This document shows positions 1 through 14,444 of a DNA stretch of 64,000 nucleotides, one piece after another (the stretch's first letter is position 1; each line of letters opens with the position of its first letter). The notes below the pieces were generated by a model. That model ran no database searches. It was not told the DNA's origin and worked only from the letters and a program-made list of their open reading frames with translations. Made by a program: the position numbers and the translations under genes. Source of the DNA: the human T2T-CHM13v2.0 reference genome, Homo sapiens; NCBI RefSeq assembly GCF_009914755.1, contig NC_060927.1. The stretch is one strand, 5' to 3'.

Positions 1-139
1 TGGAAGCATCCTGAGGCCCCTCCCAGAAGCAGAAGCCACTATGCTTCCTGTACACCCTGTGGAACTATGAGCCTCCTTTCTTTGTAAGTTACCCAGTCTC
101 AGGAATTTCTTTATAGCAGTGCAAGAATGGACTAATACA
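1..139 (+). mobile_element. 3' end of MaLR LTR (MSTA/MSTB-like)
   Basis: Ends in ...ttacccagtctcagg...tttatagcagtgcaagaatggactaataca, the typical MST terminus. Confidence 0.8.
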
Positions 140-390
140 ATGTATAAATAGTTGTTAGCAGAGAGATCCAGGGTAATTTGTGGTGGTGAGTTTCAGTCCA
201 GACTAAGAAAGATAGGAAGGATTAAAATAAAACAGTGGCTCACTTGAATTCTTCAGAAACTTTGGAAGTTTGAGGAAAAAAAGGTAGCATGAATTATGTG
301 GAGAGAAATCAGGCTTTGGTTGATCCGTTGGAGTTCTTTGAGGTGATAGGCAAGAATATAGATAATGAGGATCCAAGTCACTGTAATTTA

Positions 391-711
<321 letters not shown>

Positions 712-2652
712 CTACAAATGAAGATGAGCCATCAAGGATGAAAACTTGGATTCTCATTTGACCTTGTCCTTGAATGTAAAGCTAAGAGCTTTAAATCCAT
801 TACCTAGCACCTAGCACGAAGTATAGAACATAATAGTCACTCAATAAATATTTGTTGGATGACATTTAATTCTCACAACAACTCTCTGAGGCTCCCTATG
901 ATTATTATTATCATCTCTATTTTAGAAGTGAAAAAACTGATGGTTTAGAACAGTTAAATTTTCTCTACTAAGAACTGATGCCAACACTTTCTCAGACCCT
1001 CTTACTAACCTACACCCTGAGCCCTTTGATCTTAGCCTGTCTTGACCTGTTTCCCAAATTATTCCTGATCTCCTTGGCTCCTAAACCCAAGCTTTCCCTC
1101 CTTTTAATGGTCTTGTACCTGGTCTTCCAAATTGACCTTTGTTTACTGTTCCTCCAGTGCTGAATCACCCTGGCCAGTCTGATTCCTGGGACACTAACCC
1201 TGCTTAGGTCCTTCAGGGTTAATGTTTCTTGTCTAATCCCCTTATATTAATTATTTCAAACAGTATTTATTGAACCTCTCTGTGTGCCAGATTTTATGCT
1301 AGATGCTGGAGGTGAACATGACATTGTCTCTTCCCTCAGGTAATCCATTACAGAAGATCCTGGAAATGTGAAAACCTCATGATAGAAAAACAAGGAAGTG
1401 GATCAGTGCAAATAACTTTGGAAGAGAAATGTAAATAGAAATGTTCTCTCAGGAATAAGTCCTGGCACAGGGCCTATTTAACATTCTTATATATGGAAAA
1501 TAAGAGATATAAGCAATGAAATCATCTGGTTTGCAGACAGCTCCAATATCTTTGCAAGAAGTGAAATGTAAGTTGATGGAGATGAAATGTAAAAAGAGCT
1601 AGCAAGCTGTCCAAAAGGGCTGAGCAGGGGAATGTGCACTGTAATGTTGGCACACACCACTGAATGCATTTAGAGAAATGCAATCTAATTTATTTATAGA
1701 ATGATAGGATCTGAACTATCAGGGAGTAAATTCAACAAATACTTGCGATTCTATTTGGAAGAAGGCATGTACTGGATACTGCAGATCAGATGAAGATGAT
1801 AGAGACATAGAACCTTAAATACTCTGAGAAATATTGAAAGGGCATAATGAAGAAAGTATTATTTAAAATGAATCATAAATCATGAGTGAGATTTAGATGG
1901 GTGAGTATTTGTGATGGAAGAACAGGAAATCCCAGGTAGATAAAATGACGATGGTTCTAGTGTGACTGATAGGTAGGGGACATGGAAGTGAGTGGAGAGT
2001 CTGAAAGGCTGTGATAGTGAATCAGAGCTCTTGATCTCTTATCTGGAAGCCTGCACTGGATTGGCTGGGCAGTGGAGGGGGCGGGTGATGGTTAGATTTA
2101 AAGATTTTTGAGATGATAATTTAGCACGCTGATTCTGGCAGCACGGTGTGGGATAGGGAGGGGAAGACATAGGAATCAGGTAGAAGGTCATTAACATAGT
2201 CTAGGTAAGAAGAAATGAGGTCTGAACCAGGTGGAGGTAGGAAAAGGAAAAAAGGAACCAGAGAGATCCTGAAAGCACACTCTACAGCAGAATTTCATAA
2301 AGTGCAGTCCAGCACCAACCTGCATGGGAGTCATCTGGGGAGACTCCTGAGTACCACCTCAGACCTACTGAACTGGGATCTCTGGGGAGCAAGACTGAGG
2401 AATCTACATTTTCAACAAGTCCCCTGGTAACTCTTATGTATACTCAGGCATCACCATTCTATGGACTTGGCACCTGATTCAGTGTAGTGAGCTAGGAAAA
2501 TCCTCTATTGCTCAAGGAGTTCCTCCTGTTAGTTTGTCCCACTTGATTATTTCTTATCAACAACTATCCCTTCATCTCTAAGGCAAAGAGAATCCAAAAG
2601 ATTGGGAATCCTTAGTAGATATTTAGAGGGAAAAAGAAGCAGAAGGAGAGAA

Positions 2653-3018
2653 TTATGGGCTAGATTGTGTTCCTCCTCCAAATTCATATGTTGAACTCCT
2701 AACCCCCTGTATTTCAGAATGTGACTATATTTGGAGATGGAGTCTTTACAGGAATAATTAAACTTAAATGAGGTTACTAGAGTGGACCCTAATCTGATAT
2801 GATTGTTGTCCTTATAAGAAGAGGAAATTTGGCTATAGACACAGAGGGAAGATGATGTGAGGAGCCAAGGAGAAGATACAAGTCAATGAGAGAGGCCTCA
2901 GAAGAAAGCAACCCTGCCGATACCTCAATCTTGGAATCCAGAACTGTTAGAAAGTAAATCTCTTTTGCTTAAGCCACCCAGTATCTTTTTGTTATGATAG
3001 CTCTAGCAGAACAATACA
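2653..3018 (+). mobile_element. MLT1A/B-type MaLR LTR
   Basis: caaattcatatgttgaa...gaatgtgactatatttggagat start and ...aataca end match MLT1 consensus as recalled. Confidence 0.75.
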
Positions 3019-3161
3019 GAGGGGAAGGGGAAGGTTGGGGTGAAGAGAAGGAGAAGAAAAGAGGAGGATAAGAAAGACAGTAAGGAAGAGGAGGGGAAGA
3101 GAGAGAGTAAGTACTTCCCCTTCTCTCAGAGGGGAGATGATGACAAGGGGGAGGTGAGAGT

Positions 3162-3431
3162 TGTGTTAGTCCATTTTTATGCTGCTGATAAAGACATTCC
3201 CGAGAAGGAGTAATTTATAAAGGAAAAAGGTTTAATTGGACTTACAGTTCCACGTGGCTAGGAAAGCCTCACAATGATAGCAGAAGGCAAGGAGGAGAAA
3301 GTCACATCTCATTTGGGTGGCAGCAGGCAAAGAAAGAGCTTGTGCAGATAGACTACCTCCCACCAGGTCCCTCCCGTAACACGTGGGAATTCAAGATGAG
3401 ATTTGGGTGGGGACACAGTCAAACTATATCA
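3162..3431 (-). mobile_element. THE1 (THE1B-like) LTR, internally deleted
   Basis: tgtgttagtccattt...gctgctgataaagacat...ggggacacagtcaaactatatca; 5-bp TSD agagt/agatt. Confidence 0.85.
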
Positions 3432-4289
3432 AGATTCTAGTTCAGGACCTTGAAGAATACTTATTTTGCAGGTTTGGGAATCATGCAATGTCATGGAACC
3501 CAGGGAAAAAAGGGGATTCAGGAAGAAAAGAAGGAGGTCTGTTGTTCCAGGCTGGGATGTAGAGGAGAAAAGGATTATATTTAGCGTGGATTTACTACAT
3601 AATAGCAAAAATGGAAAAAATTCAAATATCTCACAATATTAGGAATTGTTTTATAAACATTTATTGGATTATAATATAATATCAAAAATATCTACACTCA
3701 AGAAGTTTAAAAAGACATGGAAAAAGGCGCAAAATATGATATTTAAATAAAAATAATCTAAGACTGCATTACACCATCAGCTTAATTATAGTAAATATAT
3801 ATGTAACTGATTTTTTTTTAAAAGCACTATTATAAGTGTATTCATAGCCTCTTCCTCTTCCCTTCCCTGATCTCTGCGGAAAATTCAGATTTGCCTATTC
3901 TCACTGGAGTCCTTTGAACTCCAGTATTGCCATGGAGGTCACTGTTATGTGTGTGTTATCCCACATAACACCATGTGTGATCCCAGCCAAATGGGGTAGG
4001 GGATCTACAGTGCAGGTATCATTTTCTAGAGGCAGAATGTACAGGGAGGAAGAGAGAAGCCAACAATCAATGGTGACAAGGCATGAAGAGCTTGGGGAAG
4101 GTGAGAGGTGAGGTGAGAGAAGACAGATGTGAGAGGGTTGGAGTCTGGGAAAAACTGGAAAAAGGGGATTTTAAAAAGTGTTGCTGTGGGTCATATATTG
4201 GATACTGTTTAATGTCTTCAGGAAAAACAAGTAAAGATTAACTTTTCTTTTCTCTTTCTTTTCTTTCTTTCTTTCCTTCTTTCTTTTTT

Positions 4290-4600
4290 CTTCCTTTTTT
4301 TTTTTTTTTTTTTCTGAGATAGGGTTTCACACTGTTGCCCAGGCTGGAGTGCAGTGGCATGAACAGGGCTCACCACAGCCCTGACCTCCCAGGCTCGAGC
4401 AGTCTTCCCACCTCAGCCTCCTGAGTGCCTGGGACTACCGGTGCTTGCCACCATGCTCAGCTAATTTTTTTTCACATTTGTGTAGAGCCAGGGTCTTGCT
4501 ATGTTGCCAGGGCTGGTCTCAAACTCCTGGACTCAAGTGAACCTCTCATCTTGGCCTCCCAAAGTGCTGGGATTACAGGCATGAGCCACTGTGCCTGGCC
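4290..4600 (-). mobile_element. AluJ
   Basis: Reverse Alu dimer with J-type diagnostics; T/C-rich tail extends to about 4243. Confidence 0.9.
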
Positions 4601-6344
4601 AGATATTATTTTAAATTACTCTTGGTTACTGGCTACATGGGACCCTAGGAATTATTTATTTACATATATGTACAAAAAGAAAGGACTGGAAAGAACCCAA
4701 AACATTAGAAGTTGTTAACTCTGTGTTAGTGGAATTACTGGGCATTGACACTTTAATGTAAGTTTTAAATAAAAATATGTATTAATTAGAGAGTGATGCA
4801 CTATTGTGTAAAGAGGGTATAAATATTTTCAATAGAGTCATCTGGGCAGGCTGAATTGCATAGGGTTAAAGAGTGAATGAGGGTGATAAAGTGGGTTTAG
4901 ATTATTTCTCAAGGAGTCTGGCTGTGACTAGGACAGACTTGGGCAAGAGAGGCAGAAAAATCCAAGACATTTGTGGAGGGAAGGGGATTTCAGGATGGCA
5001 AAACCTGGAAAGTTTGACAAATTAGACAGCAAATACCCTGTAAGGGTATATTGTTTTGAAACTTTTTTTTATAATTTGCATGTACTAGAGACAGAAGGCA
5101 TTTTATGATATGTTCTTTAATTAGCTTTGAGGTATTTCTCACTTGATCCAAATTATACTGGTTAAGAACCAAGAGGTAATTTTCTCAGCTGAGTCTTAAC
5201 TGAGTCAAGAATCTGATTTTTCAACAATCAAGAGGTTAGAATGAAATAATAAGAAAAATAAATTTTAAAGGACTCTTAAAGAGAAGTGCTAATTCAGGAA
5301 TTCTAGCTGAAATCTGTAAAATCATGGTTAAACTGGATGTAGATTAGTTCATTAAATTCTGAGATTTCAGAAATTAGAGGCAGACACATAAAATTAGGTA
5401 TACTTCTTATGTGAGGTATTAATTAATTGAATTTATGTCCTCAGGCTGAATTTAAATACACTCAAAAAGAGGTTGCATTAATTCTTGGATAACTGATTAA
5501 ATATACACTAAAGAAAATGAAGGCTTTAGGGGGAGCAGCCCCCAGTCTTCCTGAGAGGGTATCAAGGATGACAGTGATGATCACATATTGCAAGATGCTG
5601 CCTTTGGGACTAAATGTTACACTGGAGGAATCATCAGGCAGTCCTCAGGTCTTCAAATTCCCAGAGATGACTAATGTGGATAGTTGGTGAAGCTGATGAA
5701 GTATTGGATTTGGTCTATGACAGGTGAAGACATACCTATCACACAGGCTTCAGCTGGGAAGGACTGTCAGAGGGTGCCTAAATATAATTTTCTCAGCCTT
5801 TCTTGCTGAGAGTCTGGAGTACATATTTGGAGGAGGTTATGAGGGAGAAAGTGATGAATGCAAAATGCTGTGGTTAAATAATGAAGTATAAAATTGGAAA
5901 GAGATATTAACTTGTAAAGAAGGTGTAAAAGAAAAGACAAAAGGGTAGATTTTGCAAGATCAGCCAGGGTTTATCATGGAGAGAGAAGTAGTTGGCAGGT
6001 GACAGAGGTCACAAGTCAGAAAGATAATAAACTGCTACCTGGTTGGAGCCGGTGTTCACAGAGACACTGAGACGCTATTGAATTCTGAGGCACATCTCTC
6101 CCAGTGTGTGTGAAGACAAGGTCTCAAAGGAGCAGGGAAGATATTGGAGAAGAAATTCATTTGGTGGCTACCATATAGAAAGTGTTCAGGGAATTCAAAA
6201 CAGAAGAAAGGCAACAAGTTCAAGGACAAAAGCAAAGCCATTCTAACCATAGGTTAGAATGGGAGACATGGGAAGCGGGGAGAAGGGGAACAAATATGGG
6301 CTGAGGGTCTGCTAGAAAACAAGCAGAAACTTCCAATGCAGCTA

Positions 6345-6680
6345 TTATTATTATTGTCATTATTATTTTGAGATGGAGTTTTGCTCTTGTTGCCCAGGCT
6401 GTAGTCCAATGGTGCAATCTTGGCTCACCACAACCTCCGCCTCCTGGGTTCAAGCAATTTTCCTGCCTCAGCCTCCCGAGTAGTTGGGAATTCAGGCATG
6501 CACCACCACACCTGGCTAATTTTGTATTTTTAGTAGAGATGGTGTTTCTCCATGTTGGTCAAGCTGTTCTCGATCTCCTGACCTCAGGTAAGGCTGGTCT
6601 CAAACTCCCAGTCTCAGGTCATCTGCCTGCCTTGGCCTCCCAAAGTGCTGGGATTACAGGCATGAGCCACCATGCCCACC
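6345..6680 (-). mobile_element. AluS with internal 30-bp duplication
   Basis: Reverse Alu; TSD-like at(g/a)cagctatt on both sides; B-box segment present twice (6561-6620). Confidence 0.9.
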
Positions 6681-6912
6681 CTGATACAGCTATTTTGATG
6701 CCTCTGTATTAACTCAAGCTTTTTAATCCAGTTGCTTCAAACTTCCTGGTCAAAATGTATGTCAACTATTTATGAAATAATGAATTAACATGTACAACTT
6801 ATATACTTGACTCTCACTTAATGATGGGAGACGTCCAGTAATATTTTATTAATTTCTACAATACTTTTGGGTTTTTATAAGTATATTTTACTCATACAAT
6901 CAGACAAAGCTA

Positions 6913-7220
6913 AGCTGGGTGCAGTGGTGCATGCCTGTAATTCCAGCACTTTGGGAGGCTCAGGCAGGCAGATTGCTTGAGCCCAGGAGTTCGAGACCAG
7001 CCTGAGCAATATGGTAAAACCCTTTCTCTACCAAAAATACAAAAAATTAGCTGGCCATTGTGGTGCACACCTGTATTCCCAGCTACTCAGGGGACTGAGG
7101 TAGGAGGATCATCTGAGCCTGGGAAGTCAAGGCTGCAGTGAGCTGTGATCACACCACTGTACTCCCGCCTGAGCAACAGGGTGAGACTCTTGTCTCAAAA
7201 AAAAAAAAAAAAAAAAAAAA
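6913..7220 (+). mobile_element. AluJ
   Basis: Alu dimer, poly(A), TSD AGACAAAGCTA at 6902-6912 and 7221-7231. Confidence 0.93.
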
Positions 7221-9316
7221 AGACAAAGCTAGAAAAATTCTATTAGAACAAGATTGTCTTCCATGGATATGTCACACGAACTCCAAAATAGTTCCTATGA
7301 AAGGGTGTATTCATGTTAAATAAAATGTAGCAATGATAGTCAAGGAAATAATAATATATAATAAAGGTATATTACTGAGCATATTACACATCACACTCAA
7401 AGTAGAGTCACATCACATATTTTCTTTAAAGGTTAGGTTTAAAACCTAACCTCCCACCCCGAATAAAACTATGTAAAAGAAGTATGGCTCCACTGTTGTC
7501 CACACAACTATAAACAGATCTATGAAGATTTATTAAGGTTGAGAGGCTTAGAAAATTGTTGTGATCGACATGAGCAGGCAGGAGCCCTGGAACTCCCCAG
7601 CCTACCCTGTTAACCACTACTGATTTGATTGCTATCTTGAAGCAAAATAATAATAAATAATTATTTTTCATTATAAATAAACAATAATTTAAATTATCCA
7701 AATCTGCCCATGGACTTTTCTTATAATCCCTCATTTAGTTAACTTCATATACATAATTACTATACCCATATTACTTGAATCCACATGAGACTCAGGAATG
7801 AGGTGAAGTCAGGGTCCCCAGGTTGGTTGTGCAAGCTGTGCCCTGTGCAAGGGCCTTGTCCCACTGAAGGGGAAAGGGAGGAGCTGAATGCCTCGTCTGT
7901 GTCCCTTTGTGTGGGGGACTGAGTCTAAGGGGTTGGGGGTTAGAATAGGGGCTGCATTTTGCAATGTGCTTAAAGGCAATATATAGGCCAGCTGGGGACC
8001 AGGGAGGATGTCTGCTTTATGCATTAAACTTCATACGAGTTTAAGGGTCAATTATTTAGACAAAATATCTTAGTTTCAAAGTGGCTATGAGGTAGATAGT
8101 ATTTTAAATACCAATTCACATTTTTCCACCCTAAATGCCTCCCTCCCTTCCTGTCCCTGGTAGAGAGGGGTGGTAACATTCAAGCAGATGCTTATTTCGC
8201 TGAGATTTCCATAATTAAGACAAGAGAGAGAACTGGGCAGGAAACCAAAGGTGTCTATAAATTATTTTGACTTTTGTCTTATAAAAAGTCTAAGCACTTA
8301 GGGGAGGGAGATTTGCAGGTATAGACAAAATGTCATGGTAAACAAAGGGGAAGCAGGAGATTTCCTTGGGTTGTGGAAAGTGGCGGGGTGGGGAGAGAGG
8401 GAGGAGAGAGAGAGTAGGAGGGAGGGAAAGAGGGCAGAAGAAGCCTTCAGAGTAAAAAATAATATAAAATGAAGAAATAAAGTTACCTGAATAATGTAAA
8501 TTCAGGTAAATATAAATAGCTGTATCAGAATCATGGTTCTTGCCTATCACATGCCAGGCATTGTATGAAGCAGGTTCACACCTATTCTCTCATAATCTTC
8601 ACAATAGCACTGTGAGGCAAATGTTATCATCCCATTTTACAATTGAAACATCATAGCTTAAGACACAGCTAGTAAGTAGATGGGCAGGGATGCAAACCCA
8701 GGTCTGTTTTTCTTCCTGCCCTACATACCTATTATCAGCAACATGTACCTAAACTCAGGGACAAAGGCAATACACTGGGGTTCTCAGAAGGTTAAAAAAA
8801 GAGCTCAGTCGTTTATAGCACTGGGTCTATCTCATTGCTATAGTACTGGTTCTGTCTCATTTTATCTTATATACTCTGCAAGCAGAGTACGTAAGTAATA
8901 ACGATAATTAGAGAAAACGCCCACTATTACTAGACCAAAAGGAGGAAACTCCTAGAAAAAGAATGGAAGTCCTAGGTCTGAAGAGACTGTGATAGTGATC
9001 TGTGACCACAATAGACTTGCATAATTCAGCCCAGATAGCAAGACTCTCACCCCTATGCCAGATTTCAAAGGCCTCTCTTCAAAGATGTCTGTATTGAATG
9101 TATTTTCTATATTTTGTGGTAAGTTTAGATTAAAAACAAAAAAAAAACCATGAGCATGTAGATATTTTGACCAACCTATAAAATATAAAATATTTTGACC
9201 AACCTATAAAATTTCCGCTCATCCAATTCACCTGAGCAGTTCTAGTAAGTCCGAACTACTCCTGTGTCCATCTATATGCCATTAGGCTAGAAAAATACAA
9301 GCTTATGTGCGCATGT

Positions 9317-9317
<1 letters not shown>

Positions 9318-9351
<34 letters not shown>
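9318..9351. repeat. (CA)n microsatellite, HGD intron 4
   Basis: Direct read, about 17 units. Confidence 0.95.
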
Positions 9352-9355
<4 letters not shown>

Positions 9356-9358
9356 GAC

Positions 9359-9726
9359 TGTTAATCAAGTTTATCCTAAAGTTGCCTCCTTACATATTTT
9401 AAGTTCTGCCTAAAGGTTTCTCCATACATAGTGAACCATAACCTAATTGGATGTGTAACCTACTCTTGTGCCAATCATGGTGACACACTGTTAAAACTGT
9501 GTTCAAGTAAGTCATATGCCGAGCTGCAACCAATCTGGCTATTTCTGTACCTCATTTCTGTTTTCTGTACATCACTTTCCTTTTTCTGTCCATAAATCGT
9601 CTTCTACTAGTGTCTGCACTGGAATCTCTCAGAACCTATCCTGGCTCAGGTAGAATAATTTGTGAATTGTCCTTTGCCCAATTAAACTCTGTTAAATTAG
9701 ATTTGTCAAAGGTTTTTCTTTTAACA
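9359..9726 (+). mobile_element. MER57-type ERV1 solo LTR
   Basis: TG...CA termini; start tgttaatcaagtttatcctaaagttgcctccttacatattttaag resembles MER57. Confidence 0.8.
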
Positions 9727-9770
9727 ATATGTATATACATAATCAATCCATCATTTCCAAAATTCCCACC

Positions 9771-10133
9771 TCATATCATTTGTCTGTGCCCCACCCAAAT
9801 CTCATCTTGAATTATAGTTCCCATAATCCTCACGTTTTGTGGGAGGGACATTCATGGTGGGAGGTAATTGAATCATGGGGATGGTTACCCTCATGATAGT
9901 GAGTTCTCACAAGATATGATAGTTTTATAAGGGGATTTTCCCCCTTTCGCTTAACACTTCTCTCTCCTGCCGCCATATGAAGAAGGATGTGTTTGCTTCC
10001 CTTTCTGCCATGATTGTAAGTTTCTTGAGGCCTCCTCAGCCATGCAGAACTGTGAGTCAATTAAAAATATGTCCTTTATAAATTACCCAGTCTTGGTTAT
10101 TTTTTCATAGCAGCATGAGAATGGACTAATACA
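9771..10133 (+). mobile_element. THE1 (THE1D-like) LTR
   Basis: ccccacccaaatctcatcttgaatt...gaatggactaataca; 5-bp TSD CCACC at 9766-9770 and 10134-10138. Confidence 0.88.
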
Positions 10134-10247
10134 CCACCCAAGTTTGAGCAGAAAACAGACACACTTTAGCATTTATTAAAATAATACTTTAAAAAACTAT
10201 CTATTTTTTCCAATGACCATGGTATTCTATTTAGGTATTTCTAGTCA

Positions 10248-10430
<183 letters not shown>

Positions 10431-11354
10431 TTAGAGTAATGTTCTGAGTGATACACAGAATGGCTCAGGCAGTACCATCAGGAAGACACTCAAGTCAACA
10501 ACGACCTGTGGGCTCTAATGTGTGAAGCAGTGAAGCAATGATACAGCATCACTTTTCATGGCCATCTGCTGCCCACAGCCCTGGCCTCTTCTCACTTTTT
10601 CATTCCACCCATCATGCTTCAAATGGACTCTGACTCATGGTTATTTCCATGCTGCCAAAAAATGAAGAATTGTCTTTTCTAAAAACTATAAGGGAAGGGG
10701 AAGTACCTTGAGGGATATCTGTGTAGGAAAATCCATAGAAAAACATTAGCTTATGTGTGTATCATAGGATGCTAGTCCTTGCTCTGGAAGGCAAGAACAA
10801 TGAGTTCTACGCAGCTTGAGAGAATATGGGTGGTATCTTTGTTATTTTTGAAATAGTAAATCAATTTTCTCCTTTAAAATTACAAAAGTAATACATGCCA
10901 AAGGTAAAAATAATTCAAGTAATTAAAAAGTCCTGAAAGGTAAATGGCACCTTCGTCCTCCAGTTTCTTCAGGGCTATTCCTCAGAGGCATCAGAGCTTA
11001 GTGATTTTCTTATATATTTCTTATATATTCTTTCAGATACGTCCAGTGCATTTCTAAACAAAATTATCAGATCATTTTAACTCTTTATTATCATACTAAC
11101 AACGTGTGAGAGTGCCTGGTCACCCACATCTTCACAAATCTGGAGTATTATTAAAAATTTTAGTGTTTTAGGTGAAAAATAGTATCTCATTTTATTTTGT
11201 ATTTCCTTTATTATGAATTAGAAAATACAAAATATTTCCAAAAAACAAGTCTATTTGTTTATTGGCTCTTTATAGTTTTTCTGTGAATTACTTGTAGAAG
11301 TCCTTTATCATTTTCTATTGGGTTTGTCTTTTTGATATTAATTTATAAGAGAAA

Positions 11355-12028
11355 AAGATTCTGGAAAGGCTGTGGAGAGATAAGAATGCTTTTACACTGT
11401 TGGTGGGAATGTAAATTAGTTCAACCATTGTGGAAGGCAGTGTGGTGATTCCTCAAAGACCTACAATGAGAAATACCATTTGACCCAGCAATCCCATTAC
11501 TGGGTGTATACCCAAAGGAATATAAATCAATCTGTTACGAAGATACATGCACACGTATGTTTATTGCAGCACTATTCACAATGCAAAGACATAGAATCAA
11601 CCCAAATGCCCATCAATGATAGACTGGATAAAGAAAATGTGGTACATATACACCATGGAATACTATGCAGCCATAAAAAGGAATGAGATCATGACCTTTG
11701 CAGGGACATGGATGGAACTGGAAGCCAATATTCTCAGCGAACTAAAGCAGGAACAGAAAACCAAACACTGCATGTTCTCACTCATAAGTGGGAGCTGAAC
11801 AATGAGAACACATGGACACAGTGAGGGGAATAACACACACTGGGGCCTGTTGGGGGGTGGGAGTTGGGGGAGGGAGAGCATTAAAAAAATGGCTAATGTA
11901 TGCTGGGCTTAATACTTAGGTGATAGGTTGATAGGTGCAGCAAACCACCATGGCACACATTTACCTATGTAACAAACCTGTGCATCCTGCACCTATACCC
12001 TGGAACTTAAAATAAAATAAAAATAAAT
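11355..12028 (+). mobile_element. 5'-truncated L1PA 3' end (older PA subfamily)
   Basis: ORF2 C-terminal peptide KKMWYIYTMEYYAAIKRNEIM, L1 3'UTR with G-tract, A-rich tail. Confidence 0.92.
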
Positions 12029-12818
12029 TAACACTTCTGTACTCTAAAATTATAAGAGTGTATGTCCATGTTTTATTGTAGTACATTTATGCCTTTATTT
12101 GTTTTTCTTTCTTTTCTTTTTAAAGTGTGTCCTCTCTACCAGGACCAGATCTCAGGCTTCAGGAAGGGAAGAAGACTCTGATAAAGGAATCTGAAAGGAC
12201 ACCAGGATGAGACCTTCCAGAAGTTGGAAGGGACATTGAAGCTCACTAAGAGGGACCCAAGTCCTTTCAGAGGGTACTGCCCTGACAAAATACAGAAGGA
12301 CAACGGAAGACCAGACCTGAATCAACAGGCTCTGGCCCTTTCAAGACCAAGGACAGTCTACCTCAGTGAGTTGAGTTGGCCTGGCCCAACATTGAGCCAT
12401 CTGGGGGAAAAAGGGCTAGATCTGTTTAGTTTCCACTTGATTTCTCCATCTCTTGATGACGTGACCTCAGACCTTGGTCTTACTAAGCCTCTCCAGCTCC
12501 CAGTATATGAAGTTCAGAGCATGTGTGTATGTCTTGGAACCACCTGTGTGATCCTGGGAGAGTTACTAGACTTCCTGAACCTTATGTTCTTCATCCTTGT
12601 CACCTAAGATTGTTGTGAGAACTCAGAGAGTTTGTGTACCAAAAATGCCTGGCATACAGTAGCTGCTGGCTTATCATGTGTTTGTTAAATTGCCTTTCTT
12701 CTCTTAATCTTCTGAATTTTTATCACAGTCCACATTTTCCAAATTATCTCTCCAGACTTTTGCCTTTTCAAGACCCAAGGGATCAATCAGCTAGCTAATC
12801 TGATAAAAATTAATCCCT

Positions 12819-12855
12819 GATAGGTAGGTAGGTAGGTACGTAGGTAGGTAGATAG
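12819..12855. repeat. (TAGG)n tetranucleotide repeat
   Basis: Direct read. Confidence 0.85.
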
Positions 12856-14414
12856 ACTCTTTAATAGTTTTGTGGTGGCCCTGTATGCTATGGTTCAGAT
12901 GAGTAGTAACTAAGAATTTCAGGCTGGCCTACTTATGGATAAGACTGGTCCCATTTTCCCACCGGAGATTTTGGGTGGGAAGCATTTCCACAAAATTCTT
13001 GTGGATATCTTTGGAGAGTTCTTCTAAATAGATGGGTGAGCCATACCTAGTGTCCCTTATTTTTTAGCTGAGTTTATAAAACTCCCCAGGCAGTACTACA
13101 TTGCCCTGAACAGAGATTTAATTCTGATTCAGGGAACAGTGCCAGCTTCTTAATGAAATGCCAACAGCTCCTTTTCAGCCTGCTGGAACAAAGCTCAGCT
13201 CCTGCTGGCTGAAGATATTGCTGAATAATGGGGACAGGCTGCAGAATCCGGAGACCAGGTGGCCTGTTAGGGAATGGGCCATAAAGTCAAGAACATAGTC
13301 ATAGAGGACAGGTTGTCATAAATTAGAATGGACAGAATTATCTGCGTGCTTATCTTACCCTATTTGGGCTTACAGAGAGAGAGAGAGATGATTAAATAGT
13401 GAAGGAATTATCCCCTGATTTTTGACATGTATAGAAATCTTTCTCTATCTCTTCCTCTTCCCACGCATATATCTATTGAGAGAAAAGGACTGTTGATACT
13501 GACATTGTAACATAGCACTTCCCACATATCATGCCCAGTTCTCTTGACAGCCTCCTAGAGATACCCTGGAAATGAGGCAGAAACTCTGCTATGATGGCAA
13601 TACTTAATAATAGTTATCATGACAATAACTAGCATTAACTGAGCACTAACCATGTGCCTGTGCCAATGTGCTAAGCTAAGCTAATGTGCTTTACACACAT
13701 CCTTTCTTTTAATCCTCACCACAGCTATGAAATAGGTACTATAATTATCTTTGTTTTACGAATGAAGAACTAGAGGATCCAAGAGGGCAGATGATTTACC
13801 CAAGGCCACACAGCTGGAAAAGGAGCCAGGATTTATACTTAGGGGGCCTGCCTCCAGGGTGGCCATGATTAAACCTTGCAATCTTTATCATTTGTGTGGT
13901 CCATTATAGTTTTTTACTTACTATCTCATTTGCTTCTCAGAAGGACCTGTGGAGATAAACCCAGGCTGCCCTACTAAGCAGTACAAGACCACATGCCCTT
14001 CTCCCCGAGTCTCTAATACCAGCAGCATTCCTCTTCACAAATACCTCAGCCTAAAATTTTTATAATTAGACACTATTTGTTTAAATCATAACACTTACTG
14101 CCTCCCAAAACTATAACACATACTGCATCCAACCTGCCTGATATGAGTTAATCAAGGGATTACGTTCATTGACCTGGATGTAGGATTAGAGCAAACATGG
14201 AACATGGCACAGTATGTAAATGAATATGCTGGTTTCTAGCAAAGGCGAATACCAGAGTAAAAACCTTATTAATTCAAACCACAGTGGGCCATAATATGTG
14301 ACTTTTTAACTATCCAAACTTCGTTTACCCAACATTTTCTTGCAAAGAACATACCTCTAGTCAGCTGAGAAAGATATTGCTCTGAATCTTCCATAATTGT
14401 GACTTAGTCATTAT

Positions 14415-14444
14415 AAAACAAAACAAAACAAAACAAAACAAAAC
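14415..14444. repeat. (AAAAC)n repeat
   Basis: Direct read. Confidence 0.9.

Noticed and set aside
12423-12474. FoxA, CRE and DR1-like motif cluster in HGD intron 3 as an enhancer
   Set aside because: Short degenerate motifs are expected by chance; no independent support from sequence alone
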